64,000 bases of DNA. Source: Octopus vulgaris. Its lineage: Eukaryota. Position numbers and translations under genes: made by a program. The stretch covers positions 36,084,001 through 36,148,000 of the forward strand of contig OX597837.1 of the NCBI GenBank assembly GCA_951406725.2, given 5' to 3'. Numbering within the stretch: the first letter of the stretch is position 1; each line of letters opens with the position of its first letter. The notes below the pieces were generated by a model. That model did no database searches and was not told the DNA's origin. It saw nothing but the letters and a program-made list of their open reading frames with translations. Positions 24,944 through 37,285 of the stretch are shown here, in pieces.

Positions 24944-25593
24944 GATTCTTGAGAACGGCTACGTTACATGTACCTATCATTTTTCCCCCTGATGTGTCAA
25001 AATTTTCGTCGCATCTCTGTGGCCTTGCCATTGTCACCGTTTTTCAGCAAGGAGGACGTTGCTTTTATTTGTAGCAGGTTAAGCAATCACGTTGGCTCTA
25101 GACCAATTTATCATCATCATCATCATCATCATCATTATTATTATTATTATTTTTTTTTTTTTTTTTTTCGGGGATGTATCTGTCTGAAAATATAAAAAAT
25201 GAGGAAGACAAAAATGAAACAGAAGAGATACGGAACGAGGATGATGATGGATGGAGAGAAAATTGTAAACAGAGAACAAAAAAAATGGACACTGGATGTT
25301 GAAATAAATAAAACACAAAAAAAAAGAAGTCCCTTTGAGTGGTCGATTGACTTCCTAAAAATAGCAGCTAAATCTCCTTGAAATTAAAGCGTAAGGACTC
25401 AGAGGGGAGCAACACGTTCAATAGTATATCCAGGGATGAGGAGGGAGGAAAAGAGTGGCGGGGTGAGGTGGGGGTGGGTGAGTCAAAGCCGCGGGTGGGG
25501 GATTTAAAGCGGGACGGACGTGGCTGGAAAGTATTTTATTTATAAAGTACGGGTAGTGAAGGCTTACGTCGTGGCTAAATTACCACAACGGTA

Positions 25594-25621
25594 ACTACTA
25601 CTACTACTACTACTACTGCTA

Positions 25622-25702
<81 letters not shown>

Positions 25703-25705
25703 CTG

Positions 25706-25739
<34 letters not shown>

Positions 25740-25774
25740 CAACAATTCCACCACCATAACCCTCACCACTACGG

Positions 25775-25832
<58 letters not shown>

Positions 25833-25892
25833 AACAAAAAATACTGCTTCGGCTACTACTATTGCTACTCCTACTATTGCTACTACTACTAT

Positions 25893-25940
<48 letters not shown>

Positions 25941-25964
25941 CAATGCCACTATCACCACCACTGT

Positions 25965-26000
<36 letters not shown>

Positions 26001-26056
26001 CACAATCACCATCACCACCTCTACTACCACTACCACCAACACTTCTATTACCAACC

Positions 26057-26102
<46 letters not shown>
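25594..26102. repeat. (ACT)n/(GCT)n trinucleotide tract
   Basis: Directly visible; similar tracts at 30365-30641, 45990-46200 and 54510-54790. Confidence 0.95.
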
Positions 26103-26438
26103 CCAAACAGCCCAGGAATGTTTCTGATGACACCGAAACTAGTTGATGCTGTGTCAGAGGTGAGCAAGCAGCAGATATTTCAGTTACCGCAGTCATTAAT
26201 CAAAAAGTGTCTTTACCTGGCAACTAAGATCACCTGTGCGGATGTGTGTGTGTCAGTGTGTGTCAGTGTGGTATGTGTGTGAGTGTGTGTGTATGTGTGT
26301 GTGTGTGTCATTGTGTGTACGTCAAAGTGTGGTATGTGTGTGAGTGTGTGTGTGTGTGTGTGTGTGGCGAGGTATGCTTGCGGGAGTTTATATTTTTCTT
26401 TGTGTATGAATGTGTATATGTGTATATGAATATATGTG

Positions 26439-26475
<37 letters not shown>

Positions 26476-26724
26476 CAATATATATGTATGTGATTGTGCG
26501 TGCATGTGTATATGCGTATGTATGTATATGCGTGTGTGTGCATATGCATATGCGATTATATGTATATATGTGTATGTGTGTGTTTCCATACGTACCTGTA
26601 TATATATATATATATGTGTGTGTATATGTATTTATATATATGTATACATATATACATATATATGTGTGCATGTATATATGTATATATATATACATATATG
26701 TATATATGTATATATGTATGTATG

Positions 26725-26795
<71 letters not shown>

Positions 26796-26919
26796 TGTAT
26801 GTATGTATGCATGTATGTGTGTGCGTGCGTACGTGTGTGTGTATGTGTGTGTATCTGTGACAGTGTGTATACAGAAGGGTCTTGTAAGCGTATATATGTG
26901 TGATTGTGTCTGTCTGTGC

Positions 26920-27236
26920 GGCCTGGCATTCCATCGGTTGCGACGATGAAAGGTTTCCAGTTGATGTGATCCTATCAACAGAACATCCTGCTCGTGTAAT
27001 TAACGTGCAAGTGGCTGAGTACTCCGCAGACACGTATACCCTCAATGCAGTTCTCAGGGAGATTCAGCGTGACACAGAATGTAACAAGGCCGGCCCCTTT
27101 GAACTACAGGTACAACTTTTTGTTTTTTTAACCAGCAACATGAAGTAAAGTGTCTTGCTCAAGGACACACTGCGCCGCTGGGAATCGAACTCACGACCTT
27201 GCGATCATGAACCGAATATCCTAGTCATCGGACCTC
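26920..27236 (-). mobile_element. tRNA-derived SINE family D (GTGTCCTTGAGCAAGACACTT block)
   Basis: Minus-strand head GATCGCAAGGTCGTGAGTTCGATTCCCAGCGG..GTGTCCTTGAGCAAGACACTTTAC; its 3' module (GAGATTCAGCGTGACA, CAGACACGTRTACCC on +) is shared with 37348-37475. Confidence 0.75.
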
Positions 27237-27309
27237 GAAATGTGTAACTATGCGTGTCCATGTGACTGTGTCTTTGTGTATCGCTGTTGGTGTGACTGCG
27301 ATTCTAGTG

Positions 27310-28190
27310 GAGTGTGTGAGTGTGTGTGTGCATGTGTGTGTGTGTGCGTGTGTGTGTGTGCATGTGTGTGTGAGTGTGTGTGTGAGTGCGTATGTGTGTG
27401 TGCATGTGTGTGTGTGTGCATGTGTGTGTGTGTGCATGTGTGTGTGTGTGTGTGTGTGTGCATGTGTGTGTGAGTGTGTGTGTGAGTGCGTATGTGTGTG
27501 TGTGTGCATGTGTGTGTGTGTGCATGTGTGTGTGTGTGCATGTGTGTGTGCATGTGTGTGTGTGCATGTGTGTGTGTGTGTGCATGTGTGTGTGTGTGTG
27601 CATGTGTGTGTGTGTGCATGTGTGTGTGTGTATGTGTGTGTGAACGTGTGTGTGAGAGAGAGAGAAGAGAGTGTGTGTGTATATGTGCGTGTGTGTGTTT
27701 GTGAGTGTGCGTGCGTGTGCGTGTGTGAACGTGTGTGTGTGTTTGTATGTGTGAGTCGTGTTTATATGTGCATGTGTGCGTGCGTGTGCGTGTGCTTGTG
27801 CGCGTGTGTGTCCGTGCATGAGCGTGTGTATGCGCGTGTTTGTGTGTGCATGTGTGTGCGTGTGAGCGTGTGTGTCTGCGTGTGTGTGTATGTATGTGTG
27901 CGTGTGTGTGTGTTAGTGTGAGTGCGTGTGTGCATGTGTGTGTCACTGTGCAGGATTGTGTCTGTGTGTGAGCGCATAAATGTGTGTGTACATGTGTGTG
28001 TGTATGTGTGTGTGTGTGTGTGTGTGTGGCTGCCTGATTCTGTGTGAGTATGACTGTGCATGATTACGATTGTGTGTGTGTGTGTGTGTATGCGTGTGTC
28101 TGTGTGTGCGTGACTGTGTTTGACTGTGTCTGCGTGTGTGAACGTGTAACTGTATGTATGTCACTTGTGTATGTGTAAGTGAGTCTGTGT
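27310..28190. repeat. (TG)n with periodic GCAT interruptions
   Basis: Directly visible. Confidence 0.95.
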
Positions 28191-28239
28191 ATGTCAATAT
28201 ATATAATTATGTGTATTCATGTGTGTGTATATGATTACC

Positions 28240-28842
28240 AGAAAGGCCGAACAAAATGCCATACAGCATTTTGTCCGTCTCTACATACTGAGCCCCAAAT
28301 TCCACCAAGGTCGATTTTTGCCTCTCATCCTTTCGGAGTTCAAACAATAAATACCAGTTATGCACTTGGGGGTTACTCTCTTCCGAAATCGCTAGCTTCG
28401 TGTAAAAATTTGAAACCATTGCAGGCAGAATCGTTAGCATGCCGGACAAAATGCTAAGTAGCGTTTCATCCGTCCTTACGTTCTGAGTTCAAATTCCTCC
28501 GAGGTCGACTTTGTCTTTCATCCTTTTGGGGTCGATGAAATAAGTACCAGTAAAACACTGGGGTCGATGTGATCGACTTGTCCCAAACCACAATGTTTCA
28601 GGCCGTGTGCCTAGAGTAGATAGAATTATAATTATTATTTGGCAGAAACGTTAGCATGCCGGGAAAAATGCACGACGGCATTTCGTCCGTCTTTACATTC
28701 TGAGTTCAAACTCCACCGAGGTCGACTTTGGATTTCATCCTTCCGGGATCGATAAATTAAGTACCAGTCGAGCACTGGGGTTCGATGTGGTCGACTAGTC
28801 CCCTCCTCCGAGAATTCTGGCCTTGTGCCTTCGGTAGAAATG
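28240..28842 (+). mobile_element. Three tandem diverged SINE family B copies (tail type 2 in the last two)
   Basis: Copies start at ~28240, 28424 and 28641; CTGAGTTCAAA..GAGGTCGACTTTG; tails GGCCGTGTGCCTAGAGTAGA and GGCCTTGTGCCTTCGGTAGA. Confidence 0.8.
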
Positions 28843-28880
28843 ATCATTATTAATATTGTTAATTTAGTTTGGCTCAGGTT

Positions 28881-29281
28881 CTTTTCTACTCTAGGCAGAA
28901 GGCCCGAAATTTCTGGGGAGGTGGGGCCAGTCGATTAGATCGATTCCAGTACGCAACTGGTGTTTAATTTATCGACCCCGAAAGGATGAAAGGCAAAGTC
29001 GACCTCAGCGGAATTTGAACTCAGAACGTAAAGACAGACGAAATACCTATTTCTTTACTACCCACAAGAGGCTAAACACAGAGGAGACAAACAAGGACAG
29101 ACAAACGGATTAAGTCGATTACATCGATCCCCAGTGCGTAACTGGTACTTAATTTATCGACCCCCAAAAGGATGAAAGGCAAAGTCGACCTCGGTAGAAT
29201 TTGAACTCAGAACATAAAGACAGACGAAATACCGCTGAGCATTTCGCCCGGCGTGCTAAATATTCTGCCAGTTCGCCGCCT
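28881..29281 (-). mobile_element. SINE family B dimer (head + body/tail1 + body/tail2) with TSD
   Basis: Two ~180-bp body repeats; flanked by GGCTCAGGTT at 28871-28880 and 29288-29297. Confidence 0.88.
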
Positions 29282-29299
29282 TGGTTCGGCTCAGGTTTG

Positions 29300-29547
29300 G
29301 TCTTATTCCTTGTAGGATTTATGTGGATAGCTGGTAACTATCTGTAACCTTAGGTATCCACAAGTATTCAGCAGTTCTTTCTAGGGCTTAGAACCCTCCT
29401 GATAATCCTTGCTGTCTCCAAGAGATAGACTTTCTCTAAGAACTCTACCGGGCATTCTATTCCAATCTCCTTCAGCCATTTGCCTATATCTTGGCTGACT
29501 GTTCCCAATGCACTAATTATTATAGACACGACTTTTTTGACCATGCT
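29300..29547 (-). mobile_element. 3' end of an RLE-type non-LTR retrotransposon (R4/Dong/NeSL-like)
   Basis: ORF 29368-29577 reads VVSIIISALGTVSQDIGKWLKEIGIECPVEFLEKVYLLETARIIRRVL, the typical C-terminus after the restriction-like endonuclease (V.P+++GALG...LQK..LLGTA.I+R+VL). Confidence 0.85.
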
Positions 29548-29744
29548 CCCGTTGGCTTTTATGGGTTTTTTTCCCACCAGGAACCTTTTGGGAGTTATTC
29601 GTTGTTATATTATTTGATTGTTACACTGTTTTTACACGATTTTTTTCACAAACGGACAAAACCCTTTGTAACCTTTCGTCCTGTTTTGTCCCTTTATGTT
29701 TTCTAATCATGTGTGTCAGCCCTTGTGGCCAATAAAAAGAATAA

Positions 29745-29745
<1 letters not shown>
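29548..29745 (+). mobile_element. Retroposon 3' end related to 11505-11817 and the SINE B tail
   Basis: Ends TGTGTGTCAGCCCTTGTGGCCAATAAAAAGAA. Confidence 0.45.
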
Positions 29746-29775
<30 letters not shown>

Positions 29776-30393
29776 TCTTAACTCGGGTTTTGTCGGAACT
29801 CTTGGAATCTTGCGTGTGTTGCGGGCTTGCTACCTGCAACCCATAGTATCACGGTTTTCTGTTCTTTTCGACTAATACTTTCCTGAAGTCGATTTTGCCT
29901 TTCATTCTTTCGGGGTGGATGAAAGAAATACCAGTTGATCGCCGGGGTAGATGTAATCGTCGTGGCCCCTCCCACCAAAATTTTAGGCTTTGCAGAAAGG
30001 ATTCTGTGGTTATACAACTTGCTAGAAATAGTGGCTAAATCTCCCTAAAATTAGTCTTTGAAAACAGGAAGGACATTCATAGGTGCATTACGTTTGAATA
30101 AATTATAGGGGTGGGAGTCATGACTAGATTGTTCCTGACCTAAATAACAATCCACTGAAGGGAGGGATTTTCTGTAGTCGAATGACTTTGCTAGAAATAG
30201 CAGTTCATCATTCCTCAAAATCAAACCCTAATGTCGTAAAGATGTGAAGAACATTTTAGGTAATGTAGTAGTCCTAAGTATGCTATGAAAAGACGGGATG
30301 ATCATGGTTGGAACGTCCCTCTCGGGTCAGGACAACTTTTCTCGCCGATACGAACTACCATGGCAACAACAAAAACAACAACAACTACTACTG

Positions 30394-30424
<31 letters not shown>

Positions 30425-30582
30425 CATCGCTGCTACTACTACCGTTGCTGCTGCTGCTACTACTACTACTACTATTACTACTACTGCTGCTGCTGCTGCT
30501 ACTACTACAACTACTACAACTACTACAACTACTACTACTACTACTATTACTAGCACTACTACTATTACTACTACTGCTGCTG

Positions 30583-30642
<60 letters not shown>

Positions 30643-31279
30643 GGATACCAGTGAGGTGCATAATCCCGTGGGCAGACTGCGTTCTTCGAGAAAGAAAAAA
30701 AAATAACTGTTCTTGCATGCTTCTCCGTCTGGAATCGGGCGATCGGCGCTCTCCTGCGGCACTCGGGCCGCATACCATTTTTTCATGCCTACCCCCCACC
30801 CACCGCCCACGACCTTTGTGACAATGGCACGCATAAATACTAATGATTACATAAGCAACGCAGTAATCATTCCCGAATTAACAGCCTCGTAACAATAATC
30901 TTGGAGATCTGATTCCGATAATTTTTGAAGAATTCCGTTCCAAATTCCTTCTTGCTTTCTTCTCTCGATCAATTTTCTGAATTCTCGAAGACAATAACCG
31001 CGAACACGTTCATTCCTGCGTCTCAAAATATTAATTTCTTCATTAAGCTACTTAACGGTGGGGCTTATGGCTGTGTGGTGAAAAGTTTCCTAATTATTTG
31101 GTCCCGAGTTCAATCCTCCTGCGTGTTTACAATGATTTTTTTTTTATTGTAAGCCTGGAACTTATTTTGTGTCTTTGCCGAACCGCTAATTTACGAGAAC
31201 GGAAACAAACCAACACTGGTTATAAGCGGTGAGTAGGAATACATACGCAAAGACATTCTCTCCTCCCTTCCCCTTTTCG

Positions 31280-31334
<55 letters not shown>

Positions 31335-31375
31335 GCCTTCGTCTTTTGTTTATTTTCGTAAACTTTCCCGTTACA

Positions 31376-31451
<76 letters not shown>

Positions 31452-31809
31452 CATAAAATAGAACTACGTAACCTACTTAATGCATATACACCATTGACAG
31501 GCAAGATACACCGCTTTTCGTCTGAGATGAAATGTCTTATAGACGTGCTGTGTTAAAAATGCAATATATATTTGTGTGTGTATGTATGTGTGTGTGTGTA
31601 GGAGGAAGACGAAAGACCGTCCGACCGTCTCGGCACCGGATAACGAGAAAGCCAGACGCACCTCAGTCTCCTTCGGAATTGTAATTGGCGTGTACTCGAA
31701 ACCTCAATTGTTGACGAAATTTGCAATTTGTCCGTAATACAGTTTTGAGTTGCATACGTAACTTAGCGTAACTTAGCAGTTCGGCAAAAGAAGACGATAG
31801 AATAAGTTC

Positions 31810-32430
31810 ATCGTCGTCATTGTTGTTGTTATTGTTTTGTTGTTGTGTTGTTGTTGTTGTTGTTTTGTTGTTGTTGTTGTCGTCGTTGTTGTTATTGCTT
31901 TGGTTATCATTGCTGCTAGTACTGTTGCTGTTGTTGTTGTTGTTGTTGCTGTCATCACGGCTTCTGTCATTATTGTTATATTTGTTGTTGTCGCTATCAT
32001 TGTCACTCCCCCCCACATCGTTTCGGTGTCCTGTCCTTGCAGAGGTTGATGTCCTGTCCTTGCAGCTGCAAGAACCATCGCCTTTGTCATCGCCGTTCTC
32101 GTTGCTGTCTTCTTCTTCTTCTTCTTCTTCTTCTTCTTCTTCTTCTTCTTCTTCTTCTTCTCCTTCTTTTTCTTTTTCTCCTTCTTTTTTCATGCTTCTT
32201 CTTCTTCTTCTTCTTCTCCTCCTCCTCCTCCTCCTCCTTCTTCTTCTTCTTTTTCTTCTTCTTCTTTTTCTTCTTTTTTTCTCCTTTTTCTTTTTCTTTT
32301 TCTTCTTCTTCTTCTTCTTCTTCTTCTTTTTCTTTTTCTTCTTCTTCCTCCCCTTTCTTCTTCTTCTTCTTCTTCTTCTTCTTCTTCTTCTTCTTCTTCT
32401 TCTTCTTCTTCTTCTCCTTCTTCATCTTCA
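31810..32430. repeat. (TTG)n followed by (TTC)n tract
   Basis: Directly visible. Confidence 0.95.
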
Positions 32431-32431
32431 T

Positions 32432-33042
32432 CCAATCAGGACTCACGCCATTAGCCACAAAGAATACTCCCTAATTCGAGCCTACTCCAAGCTACTAAGA
32501 GTGCGTGTAGCAACATGAAGACCCACCCACCACACGCCTTAGACTGGCGGTTGCATGGGCGCGAAAGCTACGTTGTTATCCTCATTCCGTAAACGGTGGC
32601 TTTTTTTCAACGGGTGGAGAGCTGAACCATCCCGGGGAACAGAGGATTCGCAATCTAGACTAGGGTCTGAAAGTTTTACCACACCATAGTGGGTTACACC
32701 ATGGTTCCTCTGCTTTGTGACAGAAGTAAGAAGAAAGAGTGAGAGAAAGCTGTGGTGAAAGAGTGCAGCGGGGTTCACCACCACCCTCCAAACACCCCAC
32801 CCACCCCACCCACAAACACCCCCACCCCACCCACAAACACCCCACCCAACCCCCAAACACCCAACCCCACCCGTAAACACACCACCCCACCCCTCAAACA
32901 CCCCACCCCCACCTCACCGGAGTCTTGTGGAGCTTAGGTGTTTTTGCTCAATAAACACTCACAATGCCCGGTCTGGGAATCGAAACCGCGTTCTTAAGAC
33001 CGCGAGTGCGCTGCCCTAACCACTGGGCCATTGCGCCTCCAC
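32432..33042 (-). mobile_element. SINE family C (tail variant 3) with internal C-rich expansion
   Basis: Head at 32920-33042 and AAGAAAGAGTGAGAGAAAG at 32731; (CCCCA)-rich expansion 32775-32915; ~290-bp distal segment unlike the other tails, running into (GAA)n on the minus strand. Distal boundary uncertain. Confidence 0.75.
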
Positions 33043-33402
33043 TCCTCGTTGCTATTGTCATCATCGTCCTTCCAGTTGCTGCTGTCTCTTCAGGTCGTTG
33101 TTGTTCTTGCTATTGTCACAGCAGCTAATACCGTCATAATGCAGACAGACACGAGATTGATATATTGTTGTGTATACGTAATACGTATTAGTAGCCGGCG
33201 GCAAAAGGGTGCACCCTAGACAGTGCGTGTGTGTGAGAGAGAGAGAGAGAGAGAGAGTGTGTGTGTGTAAGGTCCACATACCGACGTGTTGGGTAAGGGT
33301 GTATATGTGAAATAATATACACACCTGTGGACGTAACAATTTATGATGTAATTTATGTCTACACACACATATACACACACATATTTATATACTTACATAT
33401 CA

Positions 33403-33440
<38 letters not shown>

Positions 33441-33553
33441 GTATGTATATGTATATGTGCGTGTGTGTGTGTCAGTGTGTATAAGCTTATATGTATGTAT
33501 GCACTCACATTTATACACACATACACACGCACAATATGCACGTATATATATAT

Positions 33554-33600
<47 letters not shown>

Positions 33601-33860
33601 ATGCATGCATACTCTTCTGTATATATACATACGTGTACAGGTGTTTATGTATGTATGCATGTATGTGTGTTGTGTGCGTGTTGTGTGTGTGTGTGTGTGT
33701 GTATGTGTGTGTGTGTGTGTGTGTACGTACACCGCTTCGTGCGTGTGTATATTAGCTATACAGTATAACAGAGGTAATTTTCGTCAGCTTAAACCAGATT
33801 TGTGCCACACGACCTAATCTCCACAAACAACCCCCCCCCCCCCACACCACAACCACCACC

Positions 33861-33910
<50 letters not shown>

Positions 33911-33994
33911 CACACACACACACATCCACTGTCTATTCGCTCATCTTTCTTAATCTTTAAAGATCGTGTAGTGATAGGCATCGGCGAGGGCTGG

Positions 33995-34078
33995 TTGCGG
34001 TGGCGGCGGTGGTGGTGGCGGTGCTGGTTGTGACAGAAGTTGTAGTGACAGTGGTGGTGGTGGTGGTGGCGGCGGTGG

Positions 34079-34109
<31 letters not shown>

Positions 34110-34162
34110 GGTGGCCTTGCTGGTGGTGGTGGTGGCGGTGGTGATGCTGGTGGTGGTGGTGC

Positions 34163-34193
<31 letters not shown>

Positions 34194-34225
34194 GGTGGTG
34201 GTGGTGGTGGTGGTGGTGGTGGTGG

Positions 34226-34256
<31 letters not shown>

Positions 34257-34415
34257 GCTGGTGGTGGTGGTGGTGGTGGCGGTGGTGGTGGTGGTGTGGT
34301 GGTGGTGGTGGTGGTGGTGGTGGTGGTGGTGGTGGTGGTGGTGGCGGCGTGGAGGTGGTGGCGGCGGTGCTGGTGGTGGTGGTGGTGGTGGTGGTGGTGG
34401 TGGTGGTGGTGTTGG
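33995..34415. repeat. (GGT)n tract
   Basis: Directly visible; similar at 43690-44348 (ACC), 46338-46598 and 60240-60718 (GAT/GGT). Confidence 0.95.
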
Positions 34416-34687
34416 TGTCTGAGAGATTACCAAAACACTTCATCTCCATTTTCAGGTCAATCTAACAACGGAACAAGCTGGACCGGCTTTATTACACTTT
34501 CTTTAACTTGTAATCTCTGCCGCTCTCTCTCTCTCTCTCTTTCTTTATCTCTCTTTTTGTCTGTCTCTCCCTCTCTGTCTCTCAATGTATGTGTCTCTCA
34601 GTCTCCCCCTCTGTCTGAGGTTTTCTCCGTCTCTCTGTGTTTCCGTACGCCAATCACCATATCTATCTATCTATCCACCTCTATCTG

Positions 34688-34749
<62 letters not shown>

Positions 34750-34805
34750 ATTCTGTCTGTCTGTCTGTCTTTCTGTCTGTCTGTCTGTCTGTCTAAAAAT
34801 CAGCA

Positions 34806-35500
34806 CATGGCTATGATACTCCCCCACTACTTCTGCTCGTGATCAGAGATGCACATATCGTCAGCCACCAAGGGACATGCTCAACTGATTAAGGTCAAAC
34901 AACTGACAAGCAAATCTGTCGTATTGAGCAGAATATTTGTTGTAGCCCATCTTTTACACCAAGACAAAACAATAGACATAACACTTCTAATCAGTTATGA
35001 TCAAAAGCTTGGTATTATTATTATTATTATTATTATTATTGAGTGAGAGAGCAGTGCATGCCATCAAAGTGACACGAGTAAAATATACGAAATCCAATAT
35101 ACCCATCATGACTACCCGTCTGATAAGGGTACACCAGGCACATGCATCACAACCATATGTGCGCGACATGGTGATCTCATATCAAGATAAACAGCGCATG
35201 ACCTTGCAGGTGGGACCCAGTTAGGATTTTCTTCAGGTTGAGTAGCCCATCCCGCTCAAAAGGTCCCCGAATAAGAGTTGTTTAAGGATGATGAACAAAA
35301 CACCCATGTTTCTAGGGGTGAATTATTCGAACGCCAAAGAATTCCTCTCAACACATGGCTATGATGCTCCCCCACTACTTTTGCTCGTGGGCAGCATTAA
35401 GGGACATGCTCAACTGGTTAAGGTCAAGCAACTGACAGGCAAATCTGTGGTATTCAACAGAATATACGTGGTAGCCCATCCTTTACACCAAGGCAAAACA
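34806..35500 (-). mobile_element. Two fragments of a (TAA)n-tailed retroposon 3' region
   Basis: CACATGGCTATGAT.CTCCCCCACTACTT...GGGACATGCTCAACTG..AAGGTCAA...GTAGCCCATC.TTTACACCAAG.CAAAACA occurs at 34806-34972 and 35352-35500; (ATT)n at 35014-35040 abuts the second copy. Confidence 0.6.
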
Positions 35501-35897
35501 TCAGAAGCCATTGTCATCACGATCATGATCATGATCATCATGATCATCATCATCATCACCATAATCATCATCATCGTCACCGTCGTCGTCATCATCATCA
35601 TCATAATCATCGTCGTCGTCGTCGTCGTCACCTTCCTCCTCCTCCTCCTCATCATCATCATCATCATCATCGTCGTCATCATCATCGTCGCCGTCGTCGT
35701 CGTCATCATCATCATCATCATCATCGTCGTCGTCGTCGTCATCAACATCATCGTCATCAACATCATCACTGATTGAGCGTCAGAAAACCTGGCTTACTCT
35801 ATCTGTTCCGAGTTTTTTATGGTCTGAGTTCAAGTCCCGCCAAGGTCAACTTTGCATTTCATTTTTACGGAGGGCAACAAAACAAGGCACTAATAGT

Positions 35898-36056
35898 CGG
35901 GGTCGCATTAACAGCTTTATAGGATACCCCCCTCCCAGGCCAGCCAGTACACCGGGCCCTATAGTTTTTTTTTTTTTTTGACAGCCACAACGTACCTAGA
36001 CCAGATTTGAACCCCTTGACCCACGAGGCCCACGGAATACTGCCTTAAGACGGCCC
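35898..36056. mobile_element. Possible PIF/Harbinger-type MITE relic
   Basis: GGGGTCGCATTAA ... TTAAGACGGCCC imperfect inverted ends resembling GGGCCGNNTTAA TIRs. Confidence 0.3.
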
Positions 36057-36575
36057 AACTAATAATCAAGCTGTTGGGTTCTTGGTACAGTGCTCCCTCT
36101 TTATAAGGCGTCCCCACATATAACGACTGCAAATAATTTTTTGAAGCAGAATTCCCCTTTTTATCGCTCATAACTTGCAAAACCCTTGATTAAAAGCAGA
36201 ATTTCAGCGCATTTCAACGAAACACATACTTTAATCAACAGGTTGAAAATAGTGCAATCGGTTACCATATAATTGGGTGTTAATTATATGTTTTGTGTGC
36301 ATAATTTCTTTGATTTTGTGATGAAAACAACAGGTTTTCGACAGGTGAGCGCTTTTGACAGTTTGTTTTCCACGATTTGATTAGATTGCTTGAAGAAGGT
36401 TCCGTCAACCAAAGGGTGCCAATGAATCACGCAAATTGATATTTAAAGGAAGTAATTAACACCCTGGAGGTACGATTTATATGAAAGGGAGACCATATTC
36501 CACTTCATTCATAACAATTTCAAGCTATCTTGCAGATATTTACAAAAAAAAATGAAAAATAAAAAATTGCCGTAT

Positions 36576-36738
36576 AGGTGCAAGAGTGGCTGTGTGGTAA
36601 GTAGCTTGCTTACCAACCACATGGTTCCGGGTTCAGTCCCACTGCGTGGCACCTTGGGCAAGTGTCTTCTACTATAGCCTCGGGCCGACCAATGCCTTGT
36701 GAGTGGATTTGGTAGACGGAAACTGAAAGAAGCCTGTC

Positions 36739-36796
<58 letters not shown>

Positions 36797-36996
36797 TTGT
36801 GTGTCTGTGTTTGTCCCCCTAGCATTGCTTGACAACCGATGCTGGTGTGTTTACGTCCCCGTAACTTAGCGGTTCGGCAAAAGAGACCGATAGAATAAGT
36901 ACTGGGCTTACAAAGAATAAGTCCTGGGGTCGATGTGCTCCAGCATGGCCGCAGTCAAATGACTGAAACAAGTAAAAGAGTAAAAGTAAAAGAGAA
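36576..36996 (+). mobile_element. SINE family A, near full length
   Basis: AGGTGCAAGAGTGGCTGTGTGGTAAGTAGC...GAAACAAGTAAAAGAGTAAAAG. Confidence 0.92.
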
Positions 36997-37008
36997 TATG
37001 AATACACA

Positions 37009-37218
37009 ATGCCCAAGAGGAAATCCTATTCTGTAAAGGAAAATGTTAAATCTGGTTGGTGGCATACGAAATGGCGAAATCATAGCCAAACTATCGAGAG
37101 AGGCTGGTGTTCCAAAGTCCACCCGGGGTGGCTGGGTTAAGGATGAGGCTAACCTCAGGAGTTATGTAAATACAGTTGTGGACAGTGAGGGCTTAGCTAG
37201 GAAGAAGGCCAGGGACAA
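37009..37218 (+). pseudogene. pogo/Tigger transposase N-terminal (CENP-B-type HTH) relic
   Basis: MPKRKSYSVKE then (frameshift) LNLVGGIRNGEIIAKLSREAGVPKSTRGGWVKDEANLRSYV..GLARKKARD; pattern RK....EK+.++....G.....+++..GV..ST+..W.K of the CENP-B N-terminal domain. Confidence 0.75.
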
Positions 37219-37285
37219 AGAGTTTCACAAATATATCTTAAGTGGTTTTCTCCCCTCAATTTTGGGAATCACTGTACTTAAATTC

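Noticed and set aside
26120-26150. CTGATGA-CACC-GAAAC-TA-GTT hammerhead-like core
   Set aside because: No stem II and no pairing stem I; could be a deleted relic but is not supportable alone.
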